From Scyliorhinus canicula (taxonomy: Eukaryota), in contig NC_052154.1 of NCBI RefSeq assembly GCF_902713615.1, forward strand, positions 74,209,495 to 74,273,494: a stretch of 64,000 nt of DNA, written 5' to 3'. This document shows, piece by piece, positions 47,906-60,618 of this stretch. The stretch's first letter is position 1; each line of letters starts with the position of its first letter. The notes under the pieces are model-generated. The model ran no database searches and was not told the origin of the DNA. It saw nothing but the letters and a program-made list of their open reading frames with translations. The position numbers and the translations under genes were made by a program.

Positions 47906-49574
47906 GTGTGAATAGGAAGCTCAGCTTGTGTCCTGTGCTTATCTGTAATACTTGAAAATGTTGCCATTTTCCCTCTCGTTTGCCTTTTAAACCTGTGCTA
48001 CTCAGACCTCTTCATCACATGTAAACATCCCTGCTTTAGCTGCAGTAGCGCAAAGTCTACAGGCGCAAATGATGTTGCTGCTCGGGTCCATGGACAGCGG
48101 CACCATATGGGTGACATGATACAAATATTTGGATATGAAAACTTTTCTAAATCGTTTTCTCGTTCTGACCTGTTTGATTATTGATTCCCGCACCGAGGGC
48201 TGGTGTTTTACCCGGCAGTGTGAAGGAAGTACAAGAACCTTGTGCAGTCATTGACGTCTGCATCAACCACTTAATTGCAACTGTTAAATCCAGTTCATTG
48301 TAAACAACAGATAAGCACACCGCATGAGATAGCATAACCACACAATGCAGCTTCTTTAAACAGGTTTGTGACCTGTCTCGCTCTCTTTGACCCCAAGTCT
48401 GCAATTACCCCCCCAAATATATGCGCTTTAGGTGGATGGGCTTGCTAAGTTGCCCCTTAGCGTCCAGGATGTGCAGGTTAGGTTATGGAATAGGGCAGGG
48501 TGAACATGGTTACAGTGCTCATTGGAAGGTCAGTGCACACTCGATGGGCCGAATAGCTTCCACTGTAGGGATCTATGAAAGCTCAATGGGTAAAGAACTG
48601 GACAGAGCAGGAGGTCCCTGGTTCGATTCCTGGTCAGTGATGTGTTAACTCGCCTGGAGATGGGCAGGCACTGGGAGGCTGCAACAATTCACAACTTGCA
48701 TACATCAAAAAAAAACACAGGCGTGCAAAATACTCAACCTGAGTGGGAAAAGGGTTGTAAAATGCTGTCATCTGGCTGAGGGAGATCCTCTGAATCTTGT
48801 AGAGTTAAATATTAAATGACTACTGGTGACACAAAGCGACAGAACTGTACAGAACATAGTCCAAGCCAGGGGCTAACCCCATGCTCGCTTCCACACAGGT
48901 CTCTGTCCAGTCCAACACTGCCCTCTAGACTCTTGGTCATGTGAACTCTTTACATGATACTATGGATGGTACTGTAACCTATCCCACATTAACTCTTTCT
49001 GTGCCAGATGCACTTATTCTACAGTTGAGGTTGACACAGGTTCACAATCACAGCAGAATGACTTGCACTATGAATTACTTTGGTTGGGACATGATATTGA
49101 AACAGCTTATCTAATTGGTTTCAATGTCCTTACTCAAATAATGGTGCAAAGACACACATGGCCAGTTTATTGTTCAAAGTATACCAATTTGTTGTGGATT
49201 CCTGAACAGGTTCTCACCCGTTTTTTGTTGTAGTGATAAATATACTCCATTGGAGATTTCAAGCAACACCAAGTTTGATTTATATAGTGCCTCTGAAGTA
49301 TTAAAGCGTCCCAAGATGCTCCACAGGAGTGATTCGCCAGGCAAAGAGGTATCAAATGAGATACTAGGAGAGGAAAAGCTTGGTCTAACCATAGGTTTTA
49401 AGGAATGCCTTTAAAGGTGAAAGCAGATGTTTAGGGAGCGAATTCCAGAGCTTAGCGTCCAGTTAGCTGAAGGCACAACCAATGGGGGAGCAGAGGAACT
49501 GGGAGATGCATAAGAAAGCAAAGTGGGAGTAGCACAAAGTTCTGGGTGGGTTAGAGAGCTTGAATAAAGTTACA

Positions 49575-49910
49575 GAGGTCTACAAGAATGTTGCCAGGAC
49601 TAGAAAAGTGTAGCTATGAGGAGAGATTGGATAGGTTGGGATTATTTTCCTTGGAACAACGGAGGCTGAGGGGAGGCTTAATTGAGGTGCACAGCATTGT
49701 GAGGGGAAGTGATAGAGTGAACAGGGTGAAATTGTTTCCTTGGAGAAGAATTCTAGAACCAGGGGACATAGATTCAAGATAAGTGGTAGGAGGTGTAGAG
49801 GGGGCAAGAGGAAGAACTTTTTTTATGCAGAGGGTAGTGGGTGCCTGGAATTCGCTGCCCGAGTTGGTGGTGGTGGCAGAGACCCTAAAGTCTTTTAAAA
49901 AGTACCTGGA
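49575..49910 (+). mobile_element. CR1 ORF2 C-terminal fragment
   Basis: LPGLEKCSYEERLDRLGLFSLEQRRLRGGLIEV. Confidence 0.8.
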
Positions 49911-49999
49911 TCGGGGGGCGGGGCCTGAGCTCAGAGGGGGTAGTACGCACATGGAGGCTCTCTATTAAAAATACGGGTATCAGACCAGCCAGATCTCTT

Positions 50000-50600
50000 C
50001 ATGGGGTGGAGGGCGACGCCCTTGCCTTTGCCTCCCTGATAGCCCGCCGGAGAATCCTGCTCGGCTGGCGGTCAGCAGCACCACCCAAACCTGCAGACTG
50101 GCTGTCTGGCCTAACGGAATTTCTCCAAATGGAGAAAGTTAAATTCGCCATCCGAGGGTCAGAAGAGGGCTTCCACAAAACATGGGAGCCATTCACTCGG
50201 TTGGTCCAAGATTTGTTGGTAGCCAACAACTAGGAAGCCTAAGATCAGGAGAGGGTAGCCAAGACACAGAAAGCAAGGAGCGATGGGGTGGATCAGGGAA
50301 ACAAGGGACTCAACCAAGCCCAACAGAGGAACCAGGAGACACAAGGGGGTGTGCAGGCAGGGGTAATAATAACTCAAACCAGAGAGAAGAAAAGCTAAGG
50401 GAAAACCGGTGGGGAATGAGACACAGGCGACCACAATTCCATGGCAAACACTGCAAAGAAGGGATAAAAGAAAAGGAAAGGGAAACCGTAATGTATCTAT
50501 GTAAATAGTTAAAACAGATCTTGATGTAAATAATTCTAGTATTACCTCTTGTATACTCTCTTGCGTTACTCACACTGTTTGTTCTTGTTCATATTTATAT
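50000..50600 (+). mobile_element. L1-clade 3' fragment
   Basis: ALAFASLIARRRILLGW..LQMEKVKFAIRGS..WEPF, homologous to the ORF2 C-terminus at 61510. Confidence 0.75.
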
Positions 50601-51525
50601 TTGTTTTGTATACCATTGGATTGGATTTGTTTATTATCACGTGTACCAAGGTACAGTGAAAAGTATTTTTCTGCGAGCAGCTCAACAGATCATTTGAACA
50701 CTATAAATACACATTCTCACATTTATTCTCATCAACCCTTCCCAGAAAGGGACCTTGAATTTCCTGTGATCGATTGTGTTGTATTTCCTGACTGGTATAT
50801 AGATAAACAATATCAAAGCCAAGGCATCATGGCACAGAAATGTTTATGTTTCTCTTTTCCACACACAGCAAGTTGAAGATGCAGAAAAATAGATAACTTT
50901 ATTTAATTCAGACGGGAGAATTAACAGTAAACCATATAAAACAATAAATCCTACATAAATCTCTTGTGATGATTGACCATTTATTTTAAGCCACTTGGAC
51001 AATCCTATTGTGATTGCCAAACCTTCAACCTGTGCAGACAGCTTACTGCGCCCTGAGCTTTGTTGAAGATAATTATCCTGAATTAACTCCATATGCACTA
51101 GGCATAAGAAAATCTGACAAAGACATTTATAATGTCTCAGTCCACATGAGCCCATTTCAATCGTAGCTGACTGGATGCAGGATTGCAATTCCAAACGAAA
51201 CATTAACTAATTCCCCCTTACCCAATCTAAGGCATTGAGGCCTAAAGCGACCCACTACTGACATGGCCACCTTCTGACTCTATTTGGCTCAAAATCTTCT
51301 TCTGGAGTTCACGGCCTTAAGGCCGCTCCTTGGTACTGACCCATAGCAAAGTGCCGTGGGCAGGGTGAGAAGGCAGCACCCAAATGTACCTCAGTTAGTT
51401 CAGCCACTCAGAAAAAAACATTCCTGAGCTATCAAGAAACTATTGAGCCTGTCTAAAATGAACTCCCCTGTATTTTACTTCTTCCCTCCACCCCATGATA
51501 TCCCAGGCTAGACCTTGAGTCAGTA

Positions 51526-51756
51526 GGGCAGCATGGTAGTACAGAGGTTAGCACTGTTGCTTCACAAGCGCCAAGGTCCCAGGTTCGATTCCCGGCTTGG
51601 GTCACTGTCTGGGCGGAGTCTGCATGTTCTCCCTGTGTCTGCGTGAGTTTCCTCCGGGTGCTCCGGTTTCCTCCCACAAGTCCCGAATTGTTGGGTGAAT
51701 TGGACATTCTGAATTCTCCCTCAGTGTACCTGAACAGGCGCCAGAGTGTGGCAACA
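51526..51756 (+). mobile_element. V-SINE 5' part; its tail resumes at about 57949-58020 after the L1 insertion
   Basis: Breaks at GTGTGGCAAC; continues as GGGATTTTC..GTAACGTCACTGCAGTG..AATAAAGATTAT. Confidence 0.7.
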
Positions 51757-52319
51757 TTTTTTTAATGCATTTTATTCAAACTTGTATCAAAGTAGGTTAC
51801 AGGAAATAACACACCGGGAAACATTCTTCCCAACAATCAACTATACAGTTTGTACAGATTTTTCTCCTTTTTCACTCCCCATCACCCTCTCTCTCCCCCC
51901 CCCCCCCCCCCCCCCCCCCCACAACCCTGCGACGAACAGCTCCTCAAACACGGTCACAAACATCCCCCACCTTTTCTCAAACTCCCCTGCTGAGCCCCTT
52001 AACTCATACTTTATCTTCTCTAACCACAGGAAGTCATACAGGTCACCCAACAATGCTGCTACCCCAGGTGGCGATGCCGACCCCCACTCCAGCAAAATTC
52101 ATAGCCTTGCAATCAGAGAGGCGAAGGCCAAGACATCGGCCTTCCTCCTCTCCTTGAGCTCCGGCTTTTCTGAAACCCCAAATATCGCCACCAAAAGGCC
52201 CGGGTCCACTCCCTCCTCCACTATCCTGGCTGAGATGTGGAGATGCCGGCGTTGGACTGGGGTGAGCACAGTAAGAAGTCTTACAACACCAGGTTAAAGT
52301 CCAACAGGTTTGTTTCAAA

Positions 52320-52354
52320 CACGAGCTTTCGGAGCACGGCTCCTTCTTCAGGTG
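52320..52354 (-). ncRNA. Minimal type I hammerhead ribozyme motif in the pLTR
   Basis: Mirror image of 56070-56104. Confidence 0.7.
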
Positions 52355-52499
52355 AATGGAAAGGCTTGTTCCAGAAATGTTTATATAGACACAGTCAGAG
52401 ATGCCCCGGAATGCGAGCACCTGCAGGCAATCAAATCATCAAAGATGCAGAGAGAGAGGTAACTCCAGGTTAAAGAGGTGTGAATTGTCCCAAGCCAGT

Positions 52500-54212
52500 T
52501 CAGTCGGTAGGCCTCTGCAAGTCCAGGCTTGTTGGTGGGGGCCGAATGTAATGCGACATGAATCCCAGATCCCGGTTGAGTCCGCATTCATGCGTGCGAA
52601 ACTTAGCTATAAGTTTTTGCTCAGCAATTTTGCGTTGTCGCGTCTCCTGAAGGCCTCCTTGTAGAATGCTGACCCGGAGATCAGAGGCTGAATGTCCTTG
52701 ACTGCTAAAGTGTTCCCCAACTGGAAGGGAACAGTCCTGCCTGTTGATAGTCGCACGATGCCCGTTTATTCGTTGTTGCAGTGTCTGCATGGTCTCGCCA
52801 ATGTACCACGCTTCGGGACATCCTTTCCTGCAGCGTATGAGGTAGACTACATTGGTCGAGTCGCACGAGTATGCGCCGCGTACCTGGTGGGTGGTGTTTC
52901 CACGTGTAATGGTGGTGTCCATGTCGATGATCTGGCATGTCTTGCAGAGATTACCCTGGCAGGGTTTTGTGGTGTTGTGGTTGCTGTTCTGAAGGCTGGG
53001 TAATTTGCTGCAAACAATGGTTTGTTTGAGGTTGCGCGGTTGTTTGAAGGCCAGTAGTGGGGGTGTGGGGATGACCTTGGCAAGATGTCCATCCTCGCTG
53101 ATGATGTGTTGGAGGCTGCGAAGAAGATGTCGTAGTTTCTCCGCCCCAGGAAAGTACTGGACGACGAAGGGTACTCTGTCAGTGGTGTCCCGTGTTTGTC
53201 TTCTGAGGAGGTCGGTGCGGTTTTTTGCTGTGGCGCGGTGGAACTGTCGATCAATGAGTCGAGCGCCATATCCCGTTCGTACGAGGGCATCTTTCAGCAT
53301 CTGTAGGTGTCTGTTGCGCTCCTCCTTGTCTGAGCAGATCCTGTGTATACGGAGGGCTTGTCCATAGGGGATGGCTTCTTTAATGTGTTTCGGGTGAAAG
53401 CTGGAGAAGTGGAGCATCGTGAGATTATCTGTGGGCTTGCGGTAAAGCGAGGTGCTGAGGTGACCGTCCTTGATGGAGACGAGTGTGTCCAAGAATGGAA
53501 CTGAATTTGGAGAATAGTCCATGGTGAGTTTGATGGTGGGATGGAACTTATTGATGTCATCGTGTAGTCGTTTCAGTGATGTCTCGCCGTGGGTCCAAAG
53601 GAAAAAAATGTCATCGATGTATCTGGTGTATAGCATCGGTTGAAAGTCCTGTGTGGTGAGGAAGTCCTGTTCAAACTTGTGCATGAAGATGTTGGCATAT
53701 TGAGGTGCAAATTTGGTCCCCATGGCTGTTCCGTGCGTCTGGATGAAGAATTTGTTGTCGAAGGTGAAGACGTTGTGGTCTAGAATGAAACGGATGAGTT
53801 GCAGAATTGCGTCTGGAGATTGGCAGTTGTCGGTGTTGAGGACTGAGGCTGTTGCAGCAATGCCGTCGTCATGGGGGATGCTGGTGTAGAGTGCCGAGAC
53901 ATCCATTGTGACGAGGAATGTTCCTGGTTCAACTGGTCCATGGGTGCTGAGTTTCTGTAGGAAGTCCGTCGTGTCGCGACAGAAGCTGGGTGTACCTTGT
54001 ACGATGGGTTTCAAGATGCCCTCGATGTGGCCAGAGAGGTTCTCACACGGGGTCCCATTGCCTGAAACGATAGGACGGCCTGGTGTGTTGGCCTTGTGTA
54101 TTTTCGGGAGGCAGTAGAGATCTCCAATGCGGGGATTACGTGGGATGAGAGCACGTAGGGTGTTCTGAAGGTCTGGATCTAAGGTCTTGATCAGTCTGCT
54201 GAGTTGGCGGAC
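52500..54212 (-). CDS. Penelope RT plus GIY-YIG endonuclease, N-terminally truncated, uninterrupted frame
   Basis: LPKIHK, MDVSALYTSIP, GTAMG, RYIDD, NVVYLIRC..YIGET..RINGH, EQKLI. Confidence 0.85.
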   Translation of the reverse strand, partial: VRQLSRLIKTLDPDLQNTLRALIPRNPRIGDLYCLPKIHKANTPGRPIVSGNGTPCENLSGHIEGILKPIVQGTPSFCRDTTDFLQKLSTHGPVEPGTFLVTMDVSALYTSIPHDDGIAATASVLNTDNCQSPDAILQLIRFILDHNVFTFDNKFFIQTHGTAMGTKFAPQYANIFMHKFEQDFLTTQDFQPMLYTRYIDDIFFLWTHGETSLKRLHDDINKFHPTIKLTMDYSPNSVPFLDTLVSIKDGHLSTSLYRKPTDNLTMLHFSSFHPKHIKEAIPYGQALRIHRICSDKEERNRHLQMLKDALVRTGYGARLIDRQFHRATAKNRTDLLRRQTRDTTDRVPFVVQYFPGAEKLRHLLRSLQHIISEDGHLAKVIPTPPLLAFKQPRNLKQTIVCSKLPSLQNSNHNTTKPCQGNLCKTCQIIDMDTTITRGNTTHQVRGAYSCDSTNVVYLIRCRKGCPEAWYIGETMQTLQQRINGHRATINRQDCSLPVGEHFSSQGHSASDLRVSILQGGLQETRQRKIAEQKLIAKFRTHECGLNRDLGFMSHYIRPPPTSLDLQRPTD

Positions 54213-55924
54213 GTCCGCCAACTCAGCAGACTGATCAAGACCTTAGATCCAGACCTTCAGAACACCCTACGTGCTCTCATCCCACGTAATCCCCGCATTG
54301 GAGATCTCTACTGCCTCCCGAAAATACACAAGGCCAACACACCAGGCCGTCCTATCGTTTCAGGCAATGGGACCCTGTGTGAGAACCTCTCTGGCCACAT
54401 CGAGGGCATCTTGAAACCCATCGTACAAGGTACACCCAGCTTCTGTCGCGACACGACGGACTTCCTACAGAAACTCAGCACCCATGGACCAGTTGAACCA
54501 GGAACATTCCTCGTCACAATGGATGTCTCGGCACTCTACACCAGCATCCCCCATGACGACGGCATTGCTGCAACAGCCTCAGTCCTCAACACCGACAACT
54601 GCCAATCTCCAGACGCAATTCTGCAACTCATCCGTTTCATTCTAGACCACAACGTCTTCACCTTCGACAACAAATTCTTCATCCAGACGCACGGAACAGC
54701 CATGGGGACCAAATTTGCACCTCAATATGCCAACATCTTCATGCACAAGTTTGAACAGGACTTCCTCACCACACAGGACTTTCAACCGATGCTATACACC
54801 AGATACATCGATGACATTTTTTCCTTTGGACCCACGGCGAGACATCACTGAAACGACTACACGATGACATCAATAAGTTCCATCCCACCATCAAACTCAC
54901 CATGGACTATTCTCCAAATTCAGTTCCATTCTTGGACACACTCGTCTCCATCAAGGACGGTCACCTCAGCACCTCGCTTTACCGCAAGCCCACAGATAAT
55001 CTCACGATGCTCCACTTCTCCAGCTTTCACCCGAAACACATTAAAGAAGCCATCCCCTATGGACAAGCCCTCCGTATACACAGGATCTGCTCAGACAAGG
55101 AGGAGCGCAACAGACACCTACAGATGCTGAAAGATGCCCTCGTACGAACGGGATATGGCGCTCGACTCATTGATCGACAGTTCCACCGCGCCACAGCAAA
55201 AAACCGCACCGACCTCCTCAGAAGACAAACACGGGACACCACTGACAGAGTACCCTTCGTCGTCCAGTACTTTCCTGGGGCGGAGAAACTACGACACCTT
55301 CTTCGCAGCCTCCAACACATCATCAGCGAGGATGGACATCTTGCCAAGGTCATCCCCACACCCCCACTACTGGCCTTCAAACAACCGCGCAACCTCAAAC
55401 AAACCATTGTTTGCAGCAAATTACCCAGCCTTCAGAACAGCAACCACAACACCACAAAACCCTGCCAGGGTAATCTCTGCAAGACATGCCAGATCATCGA
55501 CATGGACACCACCATTACACGTGGAAACACCACCCACCAGGTACGCGGCGCATACTCGTGCGACTCGACCAATGTAGTCTACCTCATACGCTGCAGGAAA
55601 GGATGTCCCGAAGCGTGGTACATTGGCGAGACCATGCAGACACTGCAACAACGAATAAACGGGCATCGTGCGACTATCAACAGGCAGGACTGTTCCCTTC
55701 CAGTTGGGGAACACTTCAGCAGTCAAGGACATTCAGCCTCTGATCTCCGGGTCAGCATTCTACAAGGAGGCCTTCAGGAGACGCGACAACGCAAAATTGC
55801 TGAGCAAAAACTTATAGCTAAGTTCCGCACGCATGAATGCGGACTCAACCGGGATCTGGGATTCATGTCGCATTACATTCGGCCCCCACCAACAAGCCTG
55901 GACTTGCAGAGGCCTACCGACTGA
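54213..55924 (+). pseudogene. Mirror copy of the Penelope ORF with a 1-nt frameshift
   Basis: T6 here versus A7 in the left arm, just after RYIDD; ORF split into 54204-54851 and 54902-55924. Confidence 0.85.
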
Positions 55925-56069
55925 ACTGGCTTGGGACAATTCACACCTCTTTAACCTGGAGTTACCTCTCTCTCTGCATCTTTGATGATTTGATTGCCTG
56001 CAGGTGCTCGCATTCCGGGGCATCTCTGACTGTGTCTATATAAACATTTCTGGAACAAGCCTTTCCATT

Positions 56070-56104
56070 CACCTGAAGAAGGAGCCGTGCTCCGAAAGCT
56101 CGTG
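56070..56104 (+). ncRNA. Minimal type I hammerhead ribozyme motif in the pLTR
   Basis: CAC-CUGAAGA-A-GGAGC(CGU)GCUCC-GAAA-GCUC-GUG: conserved core, perfect stem II, short stem I. Confidence 0.7.
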
Positions 56105-58602
56105 TTTGAAACAAACCTGTTGGACTTTAACCTGGTGTTGTAAGACTTCTTACTATCCTGGCTAAGACAGCGAACACTCCCGCCCAGAATCTTCTCAATT
56201 TTTCACAACCCCAAAACATGTGCGCATGATTCGCTGGCCCACACCCACATCTCTCACACTCATCTGCTACCCCCTGAAAGAACCCCCTCATTCTCGCCCG
56301 TGTCATATGCACCCTGTGTACCACCTTAAACTGTATCAGGCTCATCCTTGCACAAGAGGAGGTCCCGTTTACCCTATGCAGTGCCTCACTCCATATTCCC
56401 CAATTGATCTCCATTCCCAACTCCGCTTCCCATTTCTCCTTGATCTTCACCACCCACTCGCCTCCCTGTTCCCCCGGCCACTTATATATATCCCCAATTC
56501 TTCCCTCCTCTTCCACATCCAGAAGCAACAGTCGCTCCAGCCGGGTGTATCCCAGCAATCTAGGGAACCCCCTCCAGACCTTTTGTGCAAAGTCCTTAAC
56601 CTGTAGATACCTGAACTCACTACCCCTCGGCAGCTCTACCCTCTCCCTTAGCTCCTCCAGACTGACGAACGCTTCCTCCAAATACAGATCCCTCACCTTG
56701 ACCAGCCCCACTTCCCTCCACCTCCTGTATACACTATCCATCCCCTCCGGCTCAAACCCATGATTCTCGCACAGCGGCATTAGCACCAACATCCCTTCCA
56801 CCCTAAAATGCCTCCTCAGCTGATTCCATATCTTCACTGTGGACTGCACCGCTGGGCTCCTTGAATACCTACTTGGAGTCATTGGCAATGCTGCTATCAC
56901 CATAGCCCTCAAACTAGACGCCTTACAAGATTCCTCCTCCATCCTAACCCACTCTACCCCTTCTCCTTCCCACCACCGCCGCACCTTGTCAACATTCGCC
57001 GCCCAATAATAATGAAGCAAGTTTGGCAACGCCAACCCCCCATGCTGCCTCTACCTCTGTATCAGTGTCCTCCCCCCCCCCCGGTACCTTTGCTGCCCAT
57101 ACAAAGTCAGAGATGATTGTGTCCACTTTCCGAAAAAAGATCTTTGGTATAAAGAACGGGAGAGCCTGAAAGATATACAAAAACCTCGGCAGAATATTCA
57201 TTTTCAACACTTGGACCCACCCTGCCAGTGTTAAGTGCAATGTATCCCACCTCTTAAGATCCTTCCTGGCCTCCTCCACCAGCTTTGTTAAGCTCCACTT
57301 ATGGAGCCCCGTCCATTCCCTTGCTATCTGAATCCCCAAGTACCTAAACCTATCCCTCGCTACCGTAAATGGCACCCCCCCTAAATTAGCCCGCTGTGCC
57401 AGCTCATTCACCGGGAATGCCTCGCTTTTCCCTACATTCAGCTTGTATCCCGAGAAACCTCCAAACCTCCCCAACAGGCCCATAATCCTTCCCATACTCT
57501 CCAACAGATCTGAAACATACAGCAGGAAGTCATCGGCATAGAGCGACACGCGATGCTCCCTCTGTCCCCTCATTATCCCCTGTCACTCTGCCGACCCCCT
57601 GAGAATCATCGCCAACGGCTCTATGGCCAGCGCAAACAGCAGCGGCGACAGCGAGCACCCCTGCCTCGTACCCCTGTGTAAGTCAAAGCTTCGTCAGCTC
57701 ATATCATTCATCCTCACCCTCGCTCTTGGCACCACATACAGCAACAACACCCATGCCAGAAATCTCGGCCCAAACCCAAACCTTCCCAAAACTTCAAACA
57801 AGTACCGCCACTCCACCCGATCAAATGCTTTCTCTGCGTCCATGGACACCACCACCTCCGGTACCAGAGCTCTCGAAGGATTCATCACCACATTCAACAG
57901 CCGTCTTATATTACTCGCGATCTGCCTGCCCTTCACGAAGCCTGTTTGATCTGGGATTTTCTTGGTAACGTCACTGCAGTGTTAACTTGTGACACTAATA
58001 AAGATTATAAAGATTATTATTAGTAGTAGTACATGTTGTAGCGCAATGTTCCAGAAACGTAATGGAGAATTCAAAGTGAAAGCACACGGAGATCAATGAT
58101 GTTGATCCGTTGACCAAAAAGAAGCAGAAGGCTGTCACCAACTTGACTGCTCAGTAGAACCTTTCAACTTAGTCATGCCAGTAAAATGCTGTTGTTTTCA
58201 AATGAAACGAGATTAGGTGGAAAGATGGAATACTTTGATCAATGTATTTCATCAGAAAGTGATTGCAATTTTCAAATTCATTTCAACTAAGAGAGGATGC
58301 TGCAAGGAGATTCAGGTGAGTTAGAAGACACAATGTGGTCCACATTTGGTGTAGTTGTGCAACAAAGCGAGGGTGAGGTTAGAAAGGCAGAGTTGAAGAG
58401 GACACAGTGGAGGAAATAGATCAATTGGAAGGGATGCTTTGTGAAGCTGGCAGACATTTAATTTAATGGGTCAATGTTTTGTATAAAAGCAAAATATCGC
58501 GGATGCTGGAAATCTGAAATGAAACAGAAAATTCTGGGGAAACCCAGCAGTTCTGGCACCATATGTGGAGAGAAAAACAAGAGTTAAAATTTTGAGTCCG
58601 CA

Positions 58603-58812
58603 GGGCGGCACGGTGGCGCACTGGTTAGCACTGCTGCCTCGTGGCGCTGAGGACCCGGGGCCGAGATCGGACCGGGTCACTGTCCGTGTGCAGTTTGCAC
58701 ATTCTCCCCGTGTTTGTGTGGGTTTCGGCCGCACAACCCAAAGATGTGCAGGGTAGGTGGGTTGGCCACGCTAAAGTGCCCTTATATTGAAAACAATGAA
58801 TTGGTCACTAAA
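58603..58812 (+). mobile_element. V-SINE (short form) inserted in a Penelope-derived repeat
   Basis: Head and core motifs; TTTTGAGTCCG repeated on both flanks. Confidence 0.7.
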
Positions 58813-59662
58813 TTTAGGGGAAAAAAACATTTTGAGTCCGGATGAATCTTCTTCAAAGTTTTTTGTAACATTGGCTCCTGAATTTAAACTATGTTGGGTT
58901 GAGATGAGTCAGGCATTTATAATCACCATAAGAGATCATTAAGTTTATATGGAGTATGTTGTATCTGTCCAATTCAGATACTTCGGCCAGTATATTAATC
59001 AAAAGTTTTACCCAGGTGACCTTATCTGCGAGATGAACAAACGACAAAACAGGTTCACAGTTTAACACAATTTTATTCACAATTCTCTTATTCAACAAAG
59101 TATGACTCAGATTCACAGCTGAGCTCTAGCTCTTAGTGAAGGAGGCTGGTCGGGCTACGATCACTCGATGTGGATGTCGAAACCCAAAATCCTTTCTTCC
59201 TGCGATGGTTGTGCCTGGGTGTCTCCCACGTTATCGCTAAAGACCTGTTTCAAATGTTCCTTCCTTTACACTGGTCTGCTAGTATTGAGCCATATGTATA
59301 TTCCCAGAACTGGCCATTGTCCCATCCAGACTCCAACTGATTAATGGGAAAGTCAGGATACTCCTGTTTATCCAGGGTGGTTCAGTCAAGACCCATTGTC
59401 CTCTGAAACACCCTCATCTGACCAGCCATCAGCACATCACGGAGTCTGATGGCTTCTTTTGTCTGTCCTTTGTCCTGCTGCAAAGTTGATCACCTGTGTC
59501 TGGAAGTTTGTTACATATTTACAGCATGGTCTTGTTCTTTTGTGTTAATGTGAGTGGGTAATCACAAAGTCCATATAGCGATAAAGAGTTTATCTGTTGA
59601 TTTGAGTGCTCTTGCAAATGGCCAGTATCCCGGACTATGTATCAATTCCAGCCAGACCACAT

Positions 59663-60378
59663 GTGCGGGATTCTCCAATCGGGTGGCAGAGTGTCCACGC
59701 CGTCGTAAACGCTGTCGCATTTTCCGACGGTGTAAATGGGCCACTCTCACGTCTAATTCTGGCCCCGACAGGGGGCCAGCGTGGCGCTGGAGCGGTTCGC
59801 AGCGCTCCAGCTGCTGATCTCAGCGTGAACTGTGCGCCGCGGGATCCGCGCATGCGTATGTTGCGCGGCGTCAATGAGGACATGCGCAATGGCGCCGGCA
59901 CCAATGCGCACAAGTGCAGTGGCCTCCTTCAACGCGCCAGCCCCGACGCAACATGGCGCAGGACTGCGGGGGCCGGCACGGAGGAAAGGGGGCCGTCAGC
60001 CACAGAGGCTGGCCGGCGATTGGTGGATCCCGATCGCGGGTCAGGCCACAGTGGAGGCCCCCCCCATCCCCCGGGGGTCGGACCCCCCCTCCACAGGCCA
60101 CCACCCAACCCTTACACGTCAAAGTCCCGCCGGCCCAGAACAGGTTAGAACGGCGCCGGCGGGACTCGGCTCTTTTCCTACGGCCGCTCCGCCCATCCAG
60201 GCTGGAAAATCGGCGGGACGGTTACGTAGAGCGGCCCACGACCGGCGCCGCGCCAACCACACCAGCGCCAATGGCTCCAATTCTCTGCACTGCGGAGAAT
60301 AGCGTGCCAGCATCGGGGCGGCGTGGCCCGTTCGCGGGGATTCTCCGGCCCGGCGCAGGGCTGGGAGAATCCCGTCCC
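59663..60378. mobile_element. MITE with Harbinger-type terminal inverted repeats
   Basis: GTGCGGGATTCTCC ... GGAGAATCCCGTCCC, resembling the terminus at 60619; CpG-rich; no clean TSD seen. Confidence 0.65.
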
Positions 60379-60618
60379 ATGTATATAATGGGAAGCAGTT
60401 TCCCATGACTGAAGGTCAGTGATCAGGCGACACTGGTTTACAGTGACTGGCATAAGAACCTGATGTGACATACAGACAATAGTTTTAATGCAGTTTGTGT
60501 GGTAAGGGTTGGGAATGCATTGTGTAATGAAGTGGTGTTTACAGGCTCAAGGGGGAGTTGGGAAATGGAACCTTCCACAAGGTGGACACATTCCTCTACT
60601 AGATGCAGGAAGGATGAT

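Larger units (their letters stand above)
52232..56154. mobile_element. Penelope-like element insertion: two 5'-truncated copies head-to-head forming a spacer-less palindrome
   Basis: Arms 52270-54212 and 54213-56154, centre GGAC|GTCC; 12-bp TSD ACTATCCTGGCT (52220-52231 and 56152-56163); pLTR tail only on the left arm. Confidence 0.93.
51757..57948 (-). mobile_element. 5'-truncated L1-clade element, interrupted by the Penelope palindrome
   Basis: Minus-strand ORF2 pieces ([29 protein letters not shown]) and a T-run 3' end at 51757. Confidence 0.85.

Noticed and set aside
59020-60480. Possible ERV-like solo LTR around the MITE
   Set aside because: Only an antisense AATAAA and general composition support it; no termini or TSD identified.
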